Made by a program: the position numbers and the translations under genes | DNA from: Bugula neritina | Taxonomy: Eukaryota; Animalia; Bryozoa | Length of the DNA stretch: 64,000 nucleotides | Direction of reading: 5' to 3' | Assembly: GCA_964035545.1 (NCBI GenBank) | Contig: OZ037767.1 | Location: forward strand, 817,680 to 881,679 | Part shown: positions 1-18,500 of the stretch, one piece after another | Numbering within the stretch: the first letter of the stretch is position 1 | How the letters are laid out: every line of letters starts with the position of its first letter | The notes under the pieces: model-generated | What the model was told of the DNA's origin: nothing | Seen by the model: the letters and a program-made list of their open reading frames with translations, nothing else | The model's database searches: none

Positions 1-3000
1 ATTTTTACATAGTAGTAATTCTGTTAATACAACTGCCCCCCCCCCCCCCCATCTACTGAGATAAGTTTAGTAATTGAGAAAAGCCTCTAAATTAGAAATG
101 TAGCGGAAGAAGTTATGTAATCATGAAAATTGTGACCCCCCAAACCACAATTTGTGAAATAAATTAAAGAATTTAGGCTATTAAAATTTCTCCACTACTG
201 CAGTTAATTGGCTCTACTTTACACCCTAGTTGGCAGATGTTAGTATCTCACATATCTATCTCTCTTTCATCAAAATTGTTTAGGTAATGTAGCGCAACGC
301 CAACGACATGCTTCAACCCATTCATAGCATGAATTTAGTTTCTAGCTAAGATAATACAGCATAACAACATCAGTAATACAGTATAGAGTATTACAGTATA
401 ACATTAATGATAATATAGGGTATTGCAGTATATAAACAGTACTGGTGATACAGTATTTTGTTTGACATTAGACTCTAACCAATCAAAATTATGCATATTA
501 TTTTCCTTGAAATATCTAAAATATTGTGAAATATTAAATATCCACATAACAGCAGTCCACTCTGCAAAACATAATATTATTTACCAGACACGGAAATTAA
601 AAAAGATATAAATAACTTAATTTCCAAAATATTTTTACAAATTGATTCATTCAGTTTACCCAAAGTTTCATTTTAATGTGTGATTCAGCCTTTACTTGAG
701 AGAATATAACCTTGACATAGCTAGAGCAAGGTTTCATGGCTGAACTAATTCTCCACATTGCAACTAATTCTGTAATCCCAGGGTTGAATGCTCTGAATGT
801 CATAACCGCGGTACAAGAGTTATTTTTAGATTTAATACTTTAAAAACGATTTGAAGATTACACTCATAACTTCCCCTTAGGATTAGTAAGTCAGGTGAGA
901 TAATACGTCTAGATCTATATAGATGTTTAGAAAAAGACTTGAAAAAGAAACTTATAAATTGGTTTCGGTACAAAACAACTTTAGATCAAAGAGTCGTAAA
1001 ATTTGTAAGTATTTGGAATATTTGACGCCCACAATGGTGACATAACTCACATTTCCTTTGACACATGAGAAGACTAATCTGGCCAGAACTAAGTACTCAT
1101 ACAGAAGTATGTCTACATGGAGCTCTCAATTAATAATTCTCTTTGTCAAATTTCCTTGTTTCATTGTTAGTATATAGTTTTAGTTTCTGTTGCAGTCTAT
1201 GCTCTCTCCTTTTCTCATATCACTTTATTTTAGATTTTTAGTCTGACATAGTTCATTGCAAGCTTTATGCCTGCATGCAGCTTTGATATTTGTACCTGCT
1301 AGATCTTTTCTTTTAACATGATTATTTGTAATGTTCTTTTATTAAATTGTAAGTGGAACATTTCACAACGTACATCTTTATAATATGCTTTTGGTTCATA
1401 AAATCAGTGATTAGGTCTTTGAAAGCTTGGAATGTGTGTTTTTTTTGTAAGTGCTACAACAATATTGACAAAAAGATTTATGATTCAATAGTAGACGTTA
1501 TTAGATTTCGGAGTTGTTTTCTTAACAGAAAATAACTCCTAATATTATAATTATTATGCTTCTGATGACTCGCACGGTCTACGTTATTTTTTGTTAGAGC
1601 AACTTCTTCGAGAAGCCGACATATCATAAAGGGCAAGAAATTGGCTAATATTAAATAGGAAATCGTAGACGACATCTTGCGGAAGCCGACTTCCCAAATT
1701 GTTATTTGCTGTTTGGATTATCCCCAACAGACCTCATTATAATTGCTAGTTATTAGCACCAATTCAAATAGTAAATTCAACTTACACTGGTATGTCGTGA
1801 CACGAAGTAACTATTTAATCGTTTGTCAACTATTTTGTCAAATTGTGAATAATTAATCAACTTGGACTTTGACTCAAATTGCTCGAGTTTGTGTTTTGAA
1901 TTCAGTCATTACTCATTTCACTATCATTATGATTATAATTATCATTGTGATTATCATTATAAATATGTTTGCAATTACATTTAGTTTTACTCTAACTATT
2001 AGACTTACTTTTAATTTTCATCTAATCTGTTATTCTTGCGTATTCTTTCGTATGCACTAGAGGCAGAGCATCAGCATGTTCTTCAATACTTGTAGTTGTA
2101 CTTGTAGCAAGAGGCACGCCTCTACAGTTTCCTATTGCAGGTCTGGGTCAGCAAGTATTTTCACTTTTTATTGATGCACACGTGCAACTTTGTTGTGACT
2201 ACGTTTGCATAATTAAGAATATGTTTAAGTTCCCAAACTGTTTTTGGGAGGAAGCTGTTGTACTACTACTACTACTAGTAGTACTAGTAGTAGTAGGTTG
2301 CTGATTTTGCAAAAATGGTTGAGGGGTCTCACTAACTAGTAACTACTAAGATTGACTTTTAGAGTTAGTCTTAGACTGACAGTGACAGTAATGAGTAATT
2401 AGTGAATCCAATTGTAATCACAATGAATAACAATAGTGAGTAACTGTAAAAGTATGTATAACAAATAAAATTAGGCTTAATTTAAATTTAAAATTACCAG
2501 TTATTAATATTATTTTAAATTAAAGTTATAAAATTAAATTTTGCACATCTTCATTTTCACTTTGCTTATAAATTATAATTATAGACTTCCTGTTGTGGTA
2601 GTCTTAGTTTTAAAGTTAAGTTTAATTTCAATGCATTTGTGGGTGTAGCTATAAGCCTAGGTATAGGCTGAAGTTTTTAGTTGGAATTGTTGTCAGTTGT
2701 GACTATCCGACTATCGTCTATCAGTATGACTATGGCTATGAGTATCAGTATCACTACAATATGACTATCAGATGCTGTGTTTTTTTTTATTTAAATTTGA
2801 AGGACTAAAAAAAGTTTTTTGTTTGCTGTTGAAGTTTCAATTTCATTGCAGTTATTTAGCAAATTTAGATTAAGATTTTCACTCAGTATTATTAATATCA
2901 TTAATCATTGTCATCATTATGATTCAACCAATAATTGTTAGAATTTAGTTCGGTATTATTCATGGTCATTGTATAGACTCATTATTAGGTAAACCTATCC

Positions 3001-4744
3001 TAACCAATACAAATAGTAGTTGCCATGTAATAGTAATAATTTAGTTAATAGTTAATAATTATGTTGGTTACCCTGATGCTTATGATAATGATAATGATAG
3101 TAATACAATTTAAAAAGTTTAAATAACTGTATTGCTATTATCAATATGAAATATGAAAATCAATATCACTTGCTCATTGTGACTATGGTAATGGTATGCC
3201 GGAGGCTGGTATGGTAATCACCACATTATGTAATCAGTAATAATAATCAATGAACATCACTGCGGTCACATTATTGTGTTGATCAATATAAAAAATTAGG
3301 CTTTTTGATTGTCTTTAAAATAAAATAATTTACCATCAACATGCATGCCTATGGTTTAACTAAAAGCTATAAATAATGCACAATTTAGAACTTGGATGGT
3401 GGATGTAAATTTTTAAAAATTTTAACGTGATGTTTCTATTCTATGACTACTGCCTTTATAGTAGGAATACTAATATGGATAGAAGCAACGCTTCTAATGA
3501 TTGAATATGGAATATAATCTTATTACTAGTTCATGAAAACATTCCATGAACTTTAGAATTTTTCATTTTCTGATTCTTTCTTTACATCTAAATTTCCCCT
3601 GCAATCCAAAATAGAGCAGTTTGAGTGACACACTGTTATTAAGCTACTAACTGAAGCAGCAGAACATTTGATATCCATTTCGTACTAAAACTTATTTATT
3701 ATTCGTCATCTTTCCTCATCCTGCAGTTGTGATGTTTATTTATGGAAAGCATAGACTGAACTTTTGGTAATTAGTAGTTAGTAGTTGAGTTTTACTACTG
3801 TTAGCAATGGTTTGAAGGTCTACATTTATAACTAAATTATGCACTAATTGGGTATGCTAAGATACATGATGCTAGAAATATGTTGCAAGTCATTTCATCT
3901 TGCCACATTTTCAAGTCCTAAAAATTGTAGCTGACTACTTGGAACAGCAAGTGACAATTTCCTGGCTCTAAATCCTTTCTCACTATTTAAAAGCAAACTA
4001 TGAGGACTAAAAGGCCTGATGAATGCATTTACTGGTTTCTGTCGAAATACTATTAGATTAATAACATTCTAGAATCTCTAGTGTTTTGAGTGCTTAATGG
4101 CCAATTCTCGCTACTTAGACGATTATGAATATTGAGTTCTTGAGTTAGGACTGTATATTAATGAGTGATGTAACAACTGATTACAAGTACCCCAGAGAGC
4201 CTGTCTTTGCTAATGAGGGACATGACAGCTTCTTGCTGATTGGATAATCACCAGATCTCTATGCTGGTCGAAGATGCTGCCTTATATTGTACTGTTTCAA
4301 CCTGCACTTTTATTGCTAGCACAACAGTATTTCCATGTAACATGCTGCAGAGTTTCTACACACAAATCTTAGTTAATATGTCTCCTAACACAAGCCTCAA
4401 TGCCTCAAATAATGTCAGATGAAATCCTGATAGTTCAATCACTGCGTTTACATGAACATAAGTGGTTGTAATGGCAGTGATATGGTGCATTGATAATGGT
4501 GTGAGAGTGTACCAACAGCCCTAGTATATATTCACATACCGGGTTAGAGCCTACCTATATCTGCCATCAGGTGCCCCAAACAACCAACCAACCCCCTGTT
4601 CTCTGATTTAGTAACGTTGCAGCTTATAGTTGTAGGTCTGCAAGGTTCACTGCCACAAACTGGCTGTTATCAGTTGCCTAGCAACCGTTGTATAGTCTGA
4701 GAGAAGAAGTGCTTAGTGTGTGCGCGTGGTGCTGCGCAGGCAAC

Positions 4745-9271
<4,527 letters not shown>

Positions 9272-10770
9272 GTGCTAGCAGCCTCCGTTGAATGTATCTA
9301 CTCTATGAAGACTGTCTTAGCAGCGCTTAGTACGGGCAGCAGTCATACACCACCCCATCTTTGTGTCATTACTAAGGCTAAGACAAACACACTTCTAGTC
9401 ACCATTCACCGTGGATCAGCTACATCACCCTCTTTCTGTTTGTCTGAGTCAAGAGCAGACGACAGCTTGTATCACATTTACTAACCAGGGTCTTACAACT
9501 TCTCAATCTAATTATGTACAGAATCAGCTACTGACTGTTGTCGTGTATTAGCTGCGTGTCACTTGTGTGCTAATCCTATTTGTATCACAGCTGTGGACAG
9601 ATTAGGTGCCTTCCTTTAACTGAATTTAGTTTTAAGTGTTTGAAATTGGTTTACTGGGTGAACAAAGACTGTCCTTTTAAGTTTTTACTTTAGTGAAGCA
9701 TGTTGCAGCTGCTGCTACTGCTTTAGCTCGTTCTATAATCAATAAAATTAGGCCGGTTTTATAGGGAGTTACTCACTCCTGATTGATTTTGTAGCAAATT
9801 AATGTTCATTTATACAACTGCTATGTTTTTATGCTATGTATTTATCTATTGGATGTTTTCTATTATATTGATATTGTTATTTTCGTCTGATGCTGTAGTT
9901 AAATTATGACAAATTTTCTGTTTTAGACTGTCGTACTTTTTATCAGGTTTTGCATGGTATTTTATGATACAATACATTGTACAGTCCTCTTAAAGCAGGA
10001 AACTAAAATACTTGCTCAAGGGGAAAGCAACTCCCTTAAGCTTTGTGAAATTGTAACATTACTTTCGTGATGCTCTTGGGAGACGAAATAAAAGGATTTT
10101 GTTGATAAGGCAGTTTGTTATTAACATCACGCTGCCACATGATCATTATAATTATGATATTTCAGCAAATAAGAAAATAGTTTTTCATATCAAGTTCTGC
10201 AATAAATACTACATGGTTACGAGAGAAGAAACGATACAAGTTACTTTAATAACCAGGTTTATTTTTGAGTTCTAAAATATAACGGCTCTAAGCTTGTCAA
10301 GACTTAGGTAAAACAAGTGAGGAGAACACAACAATCTGCCCGGTATAAGTCAGCTAGTAAAAACCAGAAGGTGACATTCAAGTTCTTTATTTGAAAGACA
10401 AACAAACTTGTATTGAGTAAATCGTAACTTCCTAATCAAGAGGAGACAATAACTAACGCAAGTAGTTGATGTCTAGGTAACAGTGACTGAGATTCACCAT
10501 ATCAGATAGTTCCAGTGCAACATCGTCTGCTGAGAGGATAACTCTCAAGAACATTAATCTCAAAGGATAATCTGTATAAGGGTTGAGCAAACCTACGTAT
10601 TGAATACTGATTATGCAATATTTAAAATATAAAGGTTTACAGCTATGCGACACATTCATGGACATGTCTTTATAATTAAAAACAAAACTAAGATATTATT
10701 AATTGTACGGTTCCATTACAAGAATATAATTAAATAATATATTCTAGAAGTGTGTAAATTCGACTTGATA

Positions 10771-13700
10771 TCAAGACTCAAACTTGTCCAGGTTGCTGTA
10801 CTTATCCTTATACTTCCTGAAGTGCTCTTTAGTCTCCTCCAGCTGTCTCTGGATCCTCTGCGGCAGCACGTCGTACACGTCATTATACGCCTCCGTCATC
10901 GGCCCTAACTTCTCATTCTCTGCCTCAGCAAACGCCGTCAGCACCTGAAATCAGCAAACCAAATGCCAGGATTTAGGCAAAATATGGTTCTTGACATAAT
11001 TTCAAAAAAGCTACAGGCTAATAAAAATGTATAAAAACAGCGAAAGTGGCCAGATATTGTGAGAATAACGCAGTTTTAACCAATCAGTGTAAGCGCTACA
11101 TACTTCTTTGCGTTTGGACTTGAGCATCTGCTCAGTCTGTTGAGAAGTCCAGTAGCCCTGCTGTATGAGATACGCCTCCAGTTTCTTAGTCGGGTTCCCC
11201 TCCTGCTCCCAGTAACTTATCTCGTCCAAAGAGCGGTACGCACTGCTGTCATCCGACGTACTGTGGTGTCCAATTCTACAATTCAACACTTACCTGTAAG
11301 TCATAGTAACAACTGAGATGTACATGTAAGTCATAGCAACAACTGAAACATACACTTACCTGTAAGTCATAGCTTCAACCAGAACTGGTCTATTCTCCCT
11401 AACTGCCATCTCCCTAGCTTCTTTCACTCCATTATACACTGCGAAGATGTCATTGCCATTTACTCTGAGAGTGGCGACTCCGTAACCAACACCTCTGCTA
11501 GCTATACCATCACCTCTGTACTGTTCGTGGGTTGGAGTGGAGATAGCGTATCCATTGTTTCTGCTGTAGAATCACATTCATGTGTCGTTATGTAACATGT
11601 TGATATGTTGATATGCTATTATGTAAGAGTCACTAGAGAATAATATTTTCCATAGAAGGTAATAACCAATGTAACATATTGGCATTGGCTGCATACAGTT
11701 TTCTAACAAAGATGAGACAACTACAAACCATATAAATACGATGGGACACTCCAAAGTGGCTGCAAAGTTGAGGGCGCCGTGAGCGTCCCCCTCCGACGCT
11801 GCTCCGTCTCCAAAGAAACAGACTACGCATTGACCATTACCCTGCATCTTGTAGGAGTAGGCGGAGCCGACAGCTGCATGGTAATGTAATGTAATATAAT
11901 ATAATGTAATGTAATATAATGTAATAGGTACAGTATAGTATAATGTAATGTAGTATAATGTAATATAATATAGTATAATGTAGTATAATGTAATATAATA
12001 TAATGTAATATAATATAGTATAATGTAATATAATGTAATATAATATAATGTAATATAATATAATGTAATATAATATAGTATAATGTAATATAGTATAATG
12101 TAACATAGTATAATGTAAGATAGTATAATGCAATATAATAAAATGTAACATAATATAATGTAATAGGTACAGTATAGTATAATGTAATATAGTATAATGT
12201 AATGTAATATAATATAATATAATGTAATATAATATAATGTAATATAATATAATGTAATATAATATAATGTAACATATTATAATGTAAGATAGTATAATGT
12301 AATACAGTATAATATAATGTAATATAATATAATGTAACATATTATAATGTAAGATAGTATAATGTAATACAGTATAGTATAATGTAATATAATATAATGT
12401 AGTATGATGTAAGATAATATAATGTAGTATAATATAATGTAATACAGTATAGTATAATGTAATGTAGTATAATGCAATATAACATGTTATTTGTAGTATG
12501 GTATTTCAATATATAACAGAATACAATTTTCAGAGCGAAGTTTATAATTGATAGATGAGAGAGAGCAGTAAAAGGTTACTGAGAGTGAGCAAAATAAATG
12601 AGTGACTAAGAGAGAGTGACTGACTGAGAGAGAAAGAGAGAGTGACTGACTGAGAGAGACTGACTGAGAGAGAAAGAGAGAGTGACTGACTGAGAGAGAC
12701 TGACTGAGAGAGTGACTGACTGAGAGAGACTGCCTGAGAGAGAGTGACTGAGAGAAAGAGTGGGACTCACCCTGGGGCATCTGAGTGCCAAGAGTGGAGG
12801 ATATAGTAACAAAGTGCAGATCCTTAGCGCCGTAGTGGACAGGCATCTGTCTGCCCTTCCCAATGTCCTTCCTGTTACCATAACACTGGTGCATGAACTG
12901 TATGAGAGGAAACCCCCGGTACATCAGCACCCCTGCCTCCCTGTACTGGCCCCATATAAGATCCTTGGCATCAAGAGCAGCTGCCGAGCCAACCTGGGTG
13001 GCCTCCTCGCCGAAGTTGGTCATGTAGAAGCTGATTCTGCCGTGTCTTTGAGCCTCGTACAGAATCTTGTCCATGACATTCAGCGTGACCATAGTCTCAT
13101 ACATGTGCATGCATTCTTCTTTACTCAACTATGGACATATATGTGTATCATACAGTAACTATGTAGTATATCATACAGTAACTACGTAGTATATCATACA
13201 GTTACTATGTAGTATATCATACAGTAACTACATAGTATATCATACAGTAACTACGTAGTATATCATACAGTAACTACGTAGTATATCATACAGTTACTAT
13301 GTAGTATATCATACAGTAACTACATAGTATATCATACAGTAACTACGTAGTATACCATACAGTAACTATGTAGTATATCATACAGTAACTATGTAGTATA
13401 CCATACAGTAACTATGTAGTATACCATACAGTAACTACGTAGTATATCATACAGTAACTACATTGTATATCATACAGTAACTACATTGTATATCATACAG
13501 TAACTACGTAGTATATCATACAGTAACTACGTAGTATATCATACAGTTACTATGTAGTATATCATACAGTAACTACATAGTATATCATACAGTAACTACG
13601 TAGTATACCATACAGTAACTATGTAGTATATCATACAGTAACTATGTAGTATATCATACAGTAACTATGTAGTATACCATACAGTAACTATGTAGTATAC

Positions 13701-14419
13701 CATACAGTAACTAGGTAGTATATCATACAGTAACTACGTAGTATATCATACAGTAACTACGTAGTATATCATACAGTTACTACGTAGTATATCATACAGT
13801 AACTACGTAGTATATCATACAGTAACTACGTAGTATATCATACAGTAACTACGTAGTATACCATACAGTAACTACGTAGTATATCATACAGTAACTATGT
13901 AGTATATCATACAGTAACTACGTAGTGTATCATACAGTAACTACGTAGTATTGAAGATAACTCCTGATATGTTTATAAGCTGGTTCATCTTCATATACAG
14001 TTGAGATATAAAGCTAAACTTGGACTATGAAACTGAGACTGTGTTACCTGAGGGTTGGTGGCGCCATCTATGACAGCCCCGTCATCCCCTAACACCCTGT
14101 ACACGGGAATACCGGAGCCTCGCTCTGGAAGAATGAAGTTTGGAGTGTTGGTCCACTCTGGCTTATGATGCTCACTGCCAGGGAAATTGGGAGAGGAGGT
14201 GCTATAAGCACATGCCTGAGGGCAGATAAACAGAATAAGCATGTGCTTATTACACAAAAACATAATAACCGTTTGCGCTTCAATGTGAAGTAAAATATAA
14301 AACAAGTTAGCATAATTCTACATGCATGGGAGACTGACCTGAGCTTTGAGTAATTCTCGTCTTAGAGAATGTATAGTTTTGTATGTAGATCTAGCACACT
14401 TGTGTATGTACCTGAACAT
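10771..14419 (-). CDS. BCKDHA: Branched-chain alpha-keto acid dehydrogenase E1 alpha subunit (433 aa, 7 coding exons)
   Basis: Exons (minus) 14419-14339, 14215-14048, 13128-12771, 11873-11729, 11563-11360, 11275-11104, 10944-10771; total 1302 nt. Motifs [24 protein letters not shown] motif GDGAASEGD...NNGYAIST, and phospho-loop [14 protein letters not shown]. Basic N-terminus [14 protein letters not shown] resembles a mitochondrial presequence. Confidence 0.95.
11881..12485. repeat. Degenerate pentamer satellite (TAATG/TAATA/TAGTA)
   Basis: Abuts the BCKDHA acceptor at 11874; source of the YIILH ORFs. Confidence 0.9.
12600..12765. repeat. GA/GACT-rich degenerate repeat next to a BCKDHA donor
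   Basis: gagagagtgactgact units. Confidence 0.8.
13146..13950. repeat. 24-bp minisatellite tatcatacagtaactacgtagta(t), about 33 copies
   Basis: Fills most of BCKDHA intron 13129-14047. Confidence 0.92.
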
Positions 14420-15069
14420 GTCTGTTTATAGCAACTGGTTCTGCAAGTTAAAAATAAGTATGCTTATTTTATACTGTAAAGACATAAATTGAACCAAATT
14501 ATGACAGAGTAACAAGTGACAAGGTAGTACTACATGTTGCATAATTCATAGAGTTGGCCAAAACTGGTGGATTATGTGACTAAAATTGTCTGGAAGTGGT
14601 GCAGATACTATAACATGCTACCAAACCTCAGTTTTATTACATATTTGTAGATTTACTAACTTACTCAAGCAAATCCAAAAATAAATTAAAAATAAGCACC
14701 TTGTAATAATTAATTTTTTAAAATCCAAAATATTAAAATTTAAATTAACTTATAATAATAATCCATATCAAATTTCAAAGCAACAGTTTAAACTAATTAA
14801 TAATTATTAAATTATTAAATCTATTAATATTATAATTATATTGATAATATAAATACATGCTAATGGTAATACTAAAAGTAAATGTAATACTAAATTTCTA
14901 AACCCATTTTGATTTAAATTTAGTTTGTTGTTGAGTGTATTAGTATTACCATTAGTAGGTAACTACTAATAATTTAGTAATACTAATAGTAATAGTAATA
15001 CTTATAGTTATACTGTCAATTCAAACTCTATACAGACTAATAGTAATACTTATATTTATTAGTAATACT

Positions 15070-15264
15070 TGTTTATGTTATGTTTGCTTTATAGATTCAG
15101 AGACTGGTCAAAGAGTTTAAGATAGTTTATTGCTCAAGATATTAAAGGTCCACTCTGGATAGATCTAAAAGCACAAACTGACTATTATTAATAACACGAA
15201 TAACATAGTATAAAGTATAAACCTTTACAAACAAAGACAAAGCTTATTCAGCATATCATCAACA
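15070..15264 (-). repeat. 3' LTR (195 bp)
   Basis: Identical by eye to 19570-19764; contains minus-strand AATAAA at 15126-15131. Confidence 0.95.
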
Positions 15265-15272
15265 TCCCCTTT
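15265..15272 (-). other. Polypurine tract (AAAGGGGA)
   Basis: Purine run directly preceding the 3' LTR on the minus strand. Confidence 0.75.
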
Positions 15273-15461
15273 ACAAATCTTTGACAATGTTGAACAAACA
15301 AACGAAAAAAAACTAAACAAAAATTAAGAATTGATACATGAACAAGTAATACGATTTTGTTATTAATAGTCTATAGCAGATTAGCATATTATTACAAGAT
15401 TGTCTCCCTTGTTAATTTAAAGTACATTATATTATTTTCTGGGTTCGGGCTATTTAAATCT

Positions 15462-15495
<34 letters not shown>

Positions 15496-15538
15496 AGTTT
15501 ATTGTCTGATTGCCTTCGGTCAGATTAGGTATAATTAT

Positions 15539-18500
15539 CTAGTATAGTTCGTATTGTTCATATTTAGCTGGGGTTTTTGTTTGTCTTGACCGTTGCCATC
15601 TAACTGGGGCTGGATCAGGGTTTGTATTCACTTCTGTAGGAATTGCTGTTGCGGCTGATTGAATCTGTGCGTCTGGAACAGAATGACTGGATACTGGGTC
15701 ATTGGCGTCTGTTGGTATTTCAACTGTAGTCAATGGCTGACTAGCTTCCACATCACTCAGAGGGCGCAAATCGGCCCTGTTTCGCCTCACAGCCATGTCT
15801 GTGTCTTTGTTTGAGACAAGGTATGATCGGTCCGACAGCTGTTCAACCACTCTGCCCTGCTGCCATCTAGTCTTTTGTGACACAAAGTCTCTCAGCAGCA
15901 CTGGCGAGCCAATAGCCAACTTTGTCAAATCTTTAGCTGATTTATTGTAGCTGCTCTGTATCACTTTTCTCTTGTTAGCTTTTTGCTGTAAGACATTGTT
16001 ATTTGGCATGTCACCTGTAGGAAGAATAGACCTCGTGGAATGCCCAAACATCCTCTGAGCTGGTGATGAGGTCATCCCTGCAGTCGGGGTATTTCGATAC
16101 TCTAGCAGAGCCAAATATGGGTCTTCTGCTCTCTTCATCAGCCTTTTGATTATTTTAACTGCTGCTTCTGCCTTCCCATTCGACTGCTGATGTCCCGGAG
16201 ATGAGGTTGTATGGCTGAAACCCCATTCAGTGCTAAATCGAGCAAAGTCGGCCGAGGTGAATTGTGGTCCATTGTCTGATTGAAGCTGGTGAGGGATTCC
16301 ATACCTTGCGAAAGTTTTCTTGCAAGCCTTGATTACTGCTCTAGATTGTGTATCAGATAAAGGTTCACATTCAAAGAAGTCAGAGTAATAATCTACCAGC
16401 ATCAAATAATCCTTATGCTTATAGGTTAGTATGTCCATGCCTACTTTACTCCAAGGTAAGTCTGGTATGTCATGGTTTTGCAGAGACTCATGCTGTTGTA
16501 AAGGTGCATCCATTGCACATGTGACACACTTGTCAGTTTTCATTCGAATGTCCTCAGCCATTTGAGGCCAGAATACCGCATTGCGAGCTCTTCTGATAGT
16601 GGCAGCTGTTCCTTGATGGCTAGTGTGAAGCTTGTTGAGTATCTCACCTCTGGCAGCTATGGGCACAACCAGTCTAGATCCTTTATAAATAATCCCATCT
16701 AGTACTGCAAGTTCATCTTTGTATGAATAGTACGGCTTCACCTCTTCTGGAAGTTGAAATAATTTGTTAGGCCATCCTGAGGTTATCAGAGATTGCAGCT
16801 GCACCATTACTGGATCATTACCCGTATGCTGTTGGATCAGTTTATAGGTCGCTTCTGATACTGGCAGGTCTTGCTTCAGACCCGTTTCGCTTAGGTCAGA
16901 CATAAATGACTTTAATTGATTAACTGTGAAAATCTGTTCTTTTGATGTATTGTTCTGGGGTTCACCAACAGGAGCGCGAGACAGCATGTCTGCTGTAACT
17001 TGTTCAGAACCAGGTTTGTAGTGCACTTTAATTTGGTATCTTTGCAGAGCTAATAGCATTGATTGCAGGCGTTTAGGCGCTTTGTTCAGAGGCTTCTTAA
17101 ATATTGTTTCTAAAGGGTGGTGATCCGTGTGTACAGTTACATCTGGGTTTCCAAAAACGTACTGATCGTATTTCTGCATCCCATAGACGATGGCCAGAAG
17201 TTCTAGTTCAATAGGTGCGTAGTTTTTCTCACTATCTGTCAAACTTCTAGAGCCATAGCTTACTGGTTGCCCCTCTTGCAAAAGTACAGCTCCGAGCCCT
17301 TCTAGACTTGCATCAGTCTGTACAACTACTGGCTGGTTCATGTTGAAGTATTTGAGTGAAGAAGTTTTCGTGATAAGTTTTTTAATCTCATCAAACGCTC
17401 TCTTTTGATCTTGGCCCCAGACAAACTCTTCCTTGCTTACACCAATCAGCCGTCTTAGTGGTTCACATTCAGCAGAGCAGTGAGGTATGAACTTTGATAG
17501 GTAGTTCACATGACCAAGAAACCTCTGTATTTCTTCACTGTTGACAGGGGGCTTCATGTCCGTTATGGCTCGGATTTTATTAGGATCGGGCTTCACTCCA
17601 TCTTTTGTTATCAAATGACCAATATAAGGTAGCTCTTCTAGAAGAAACTTACATTTTTTTTTGTTTAGCTTGAGATTAACCCTACGCGCTCTAGCTAAAA
17701 GTTTTTCGAGCTTTTGGTTATGGTCTTGCACTGCTTCCGCTTGAGTAGCTCCTTTCCCATAAATTAGGATGTCGTCTGCTACTACAGTTACTCCGTCGAG
17801 ACCGCTAAGTGCATCTGAGAGTCTCCTCTGGAACTCTTCAGGACTTGAGGACAACCCAAAAGGCATCCTCAGCCATTTGTATTTTCCAAATGGCGTCCAG
17901 AATGTAGTTAAATCACTGGACTTTTTGCTGAGTTTTATCTGCAGAAAGCCGTCCTTGGCATCACACAATGAGAATACTCGAGCACCATCCAGCTCGCTAA
18001 GCACATCGTCCAGCGTCGGCATTGGAAAATGATTTCTTTGAATCACTTGGTTTAGGTTGCTTGGGTCTAAACATACTCTCAGTGTGCCATTGGGTTTTCT
18101 TACAGCCACATGATTGTTTATCCAAGCTGTTGGATAGTCTACTGGACTTAAGATACCTTTCTGGGTGTATGACTGCAATTTTTGTTTGAGATCAGCTACC
18201 ATCGAGAGAGGCGTCTTTCTGTTGTGACTTTGTCTTGGGATAGCCTTATCATCTATTTCAATATGGTATTCCCCAGGTAAACATCCAATACCTTCAAAAA
18301 CCTCTGGGTAACTTCCGAGAATGTCATCTAGGCTGGCATTGCTTATTAGGTTAACCCACTCCTCTTTAATGGTTATCAAACCGAGCTGAAGAGCGGCCTC
18401 ACCAGATAGAAGGCTGTGATTTTGTGTCTTGTGCACCAGAAAATACAGCTTCTCTCCAGCTACTTCCAGTTCGCATCCTCCTAATGCTCGAGTGATAGAA

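Noticed and set aside
423-1675. Short ORFs and possible exon fragments at the window start
   Set aside because: No recognisable homology or consistent spliced frame.
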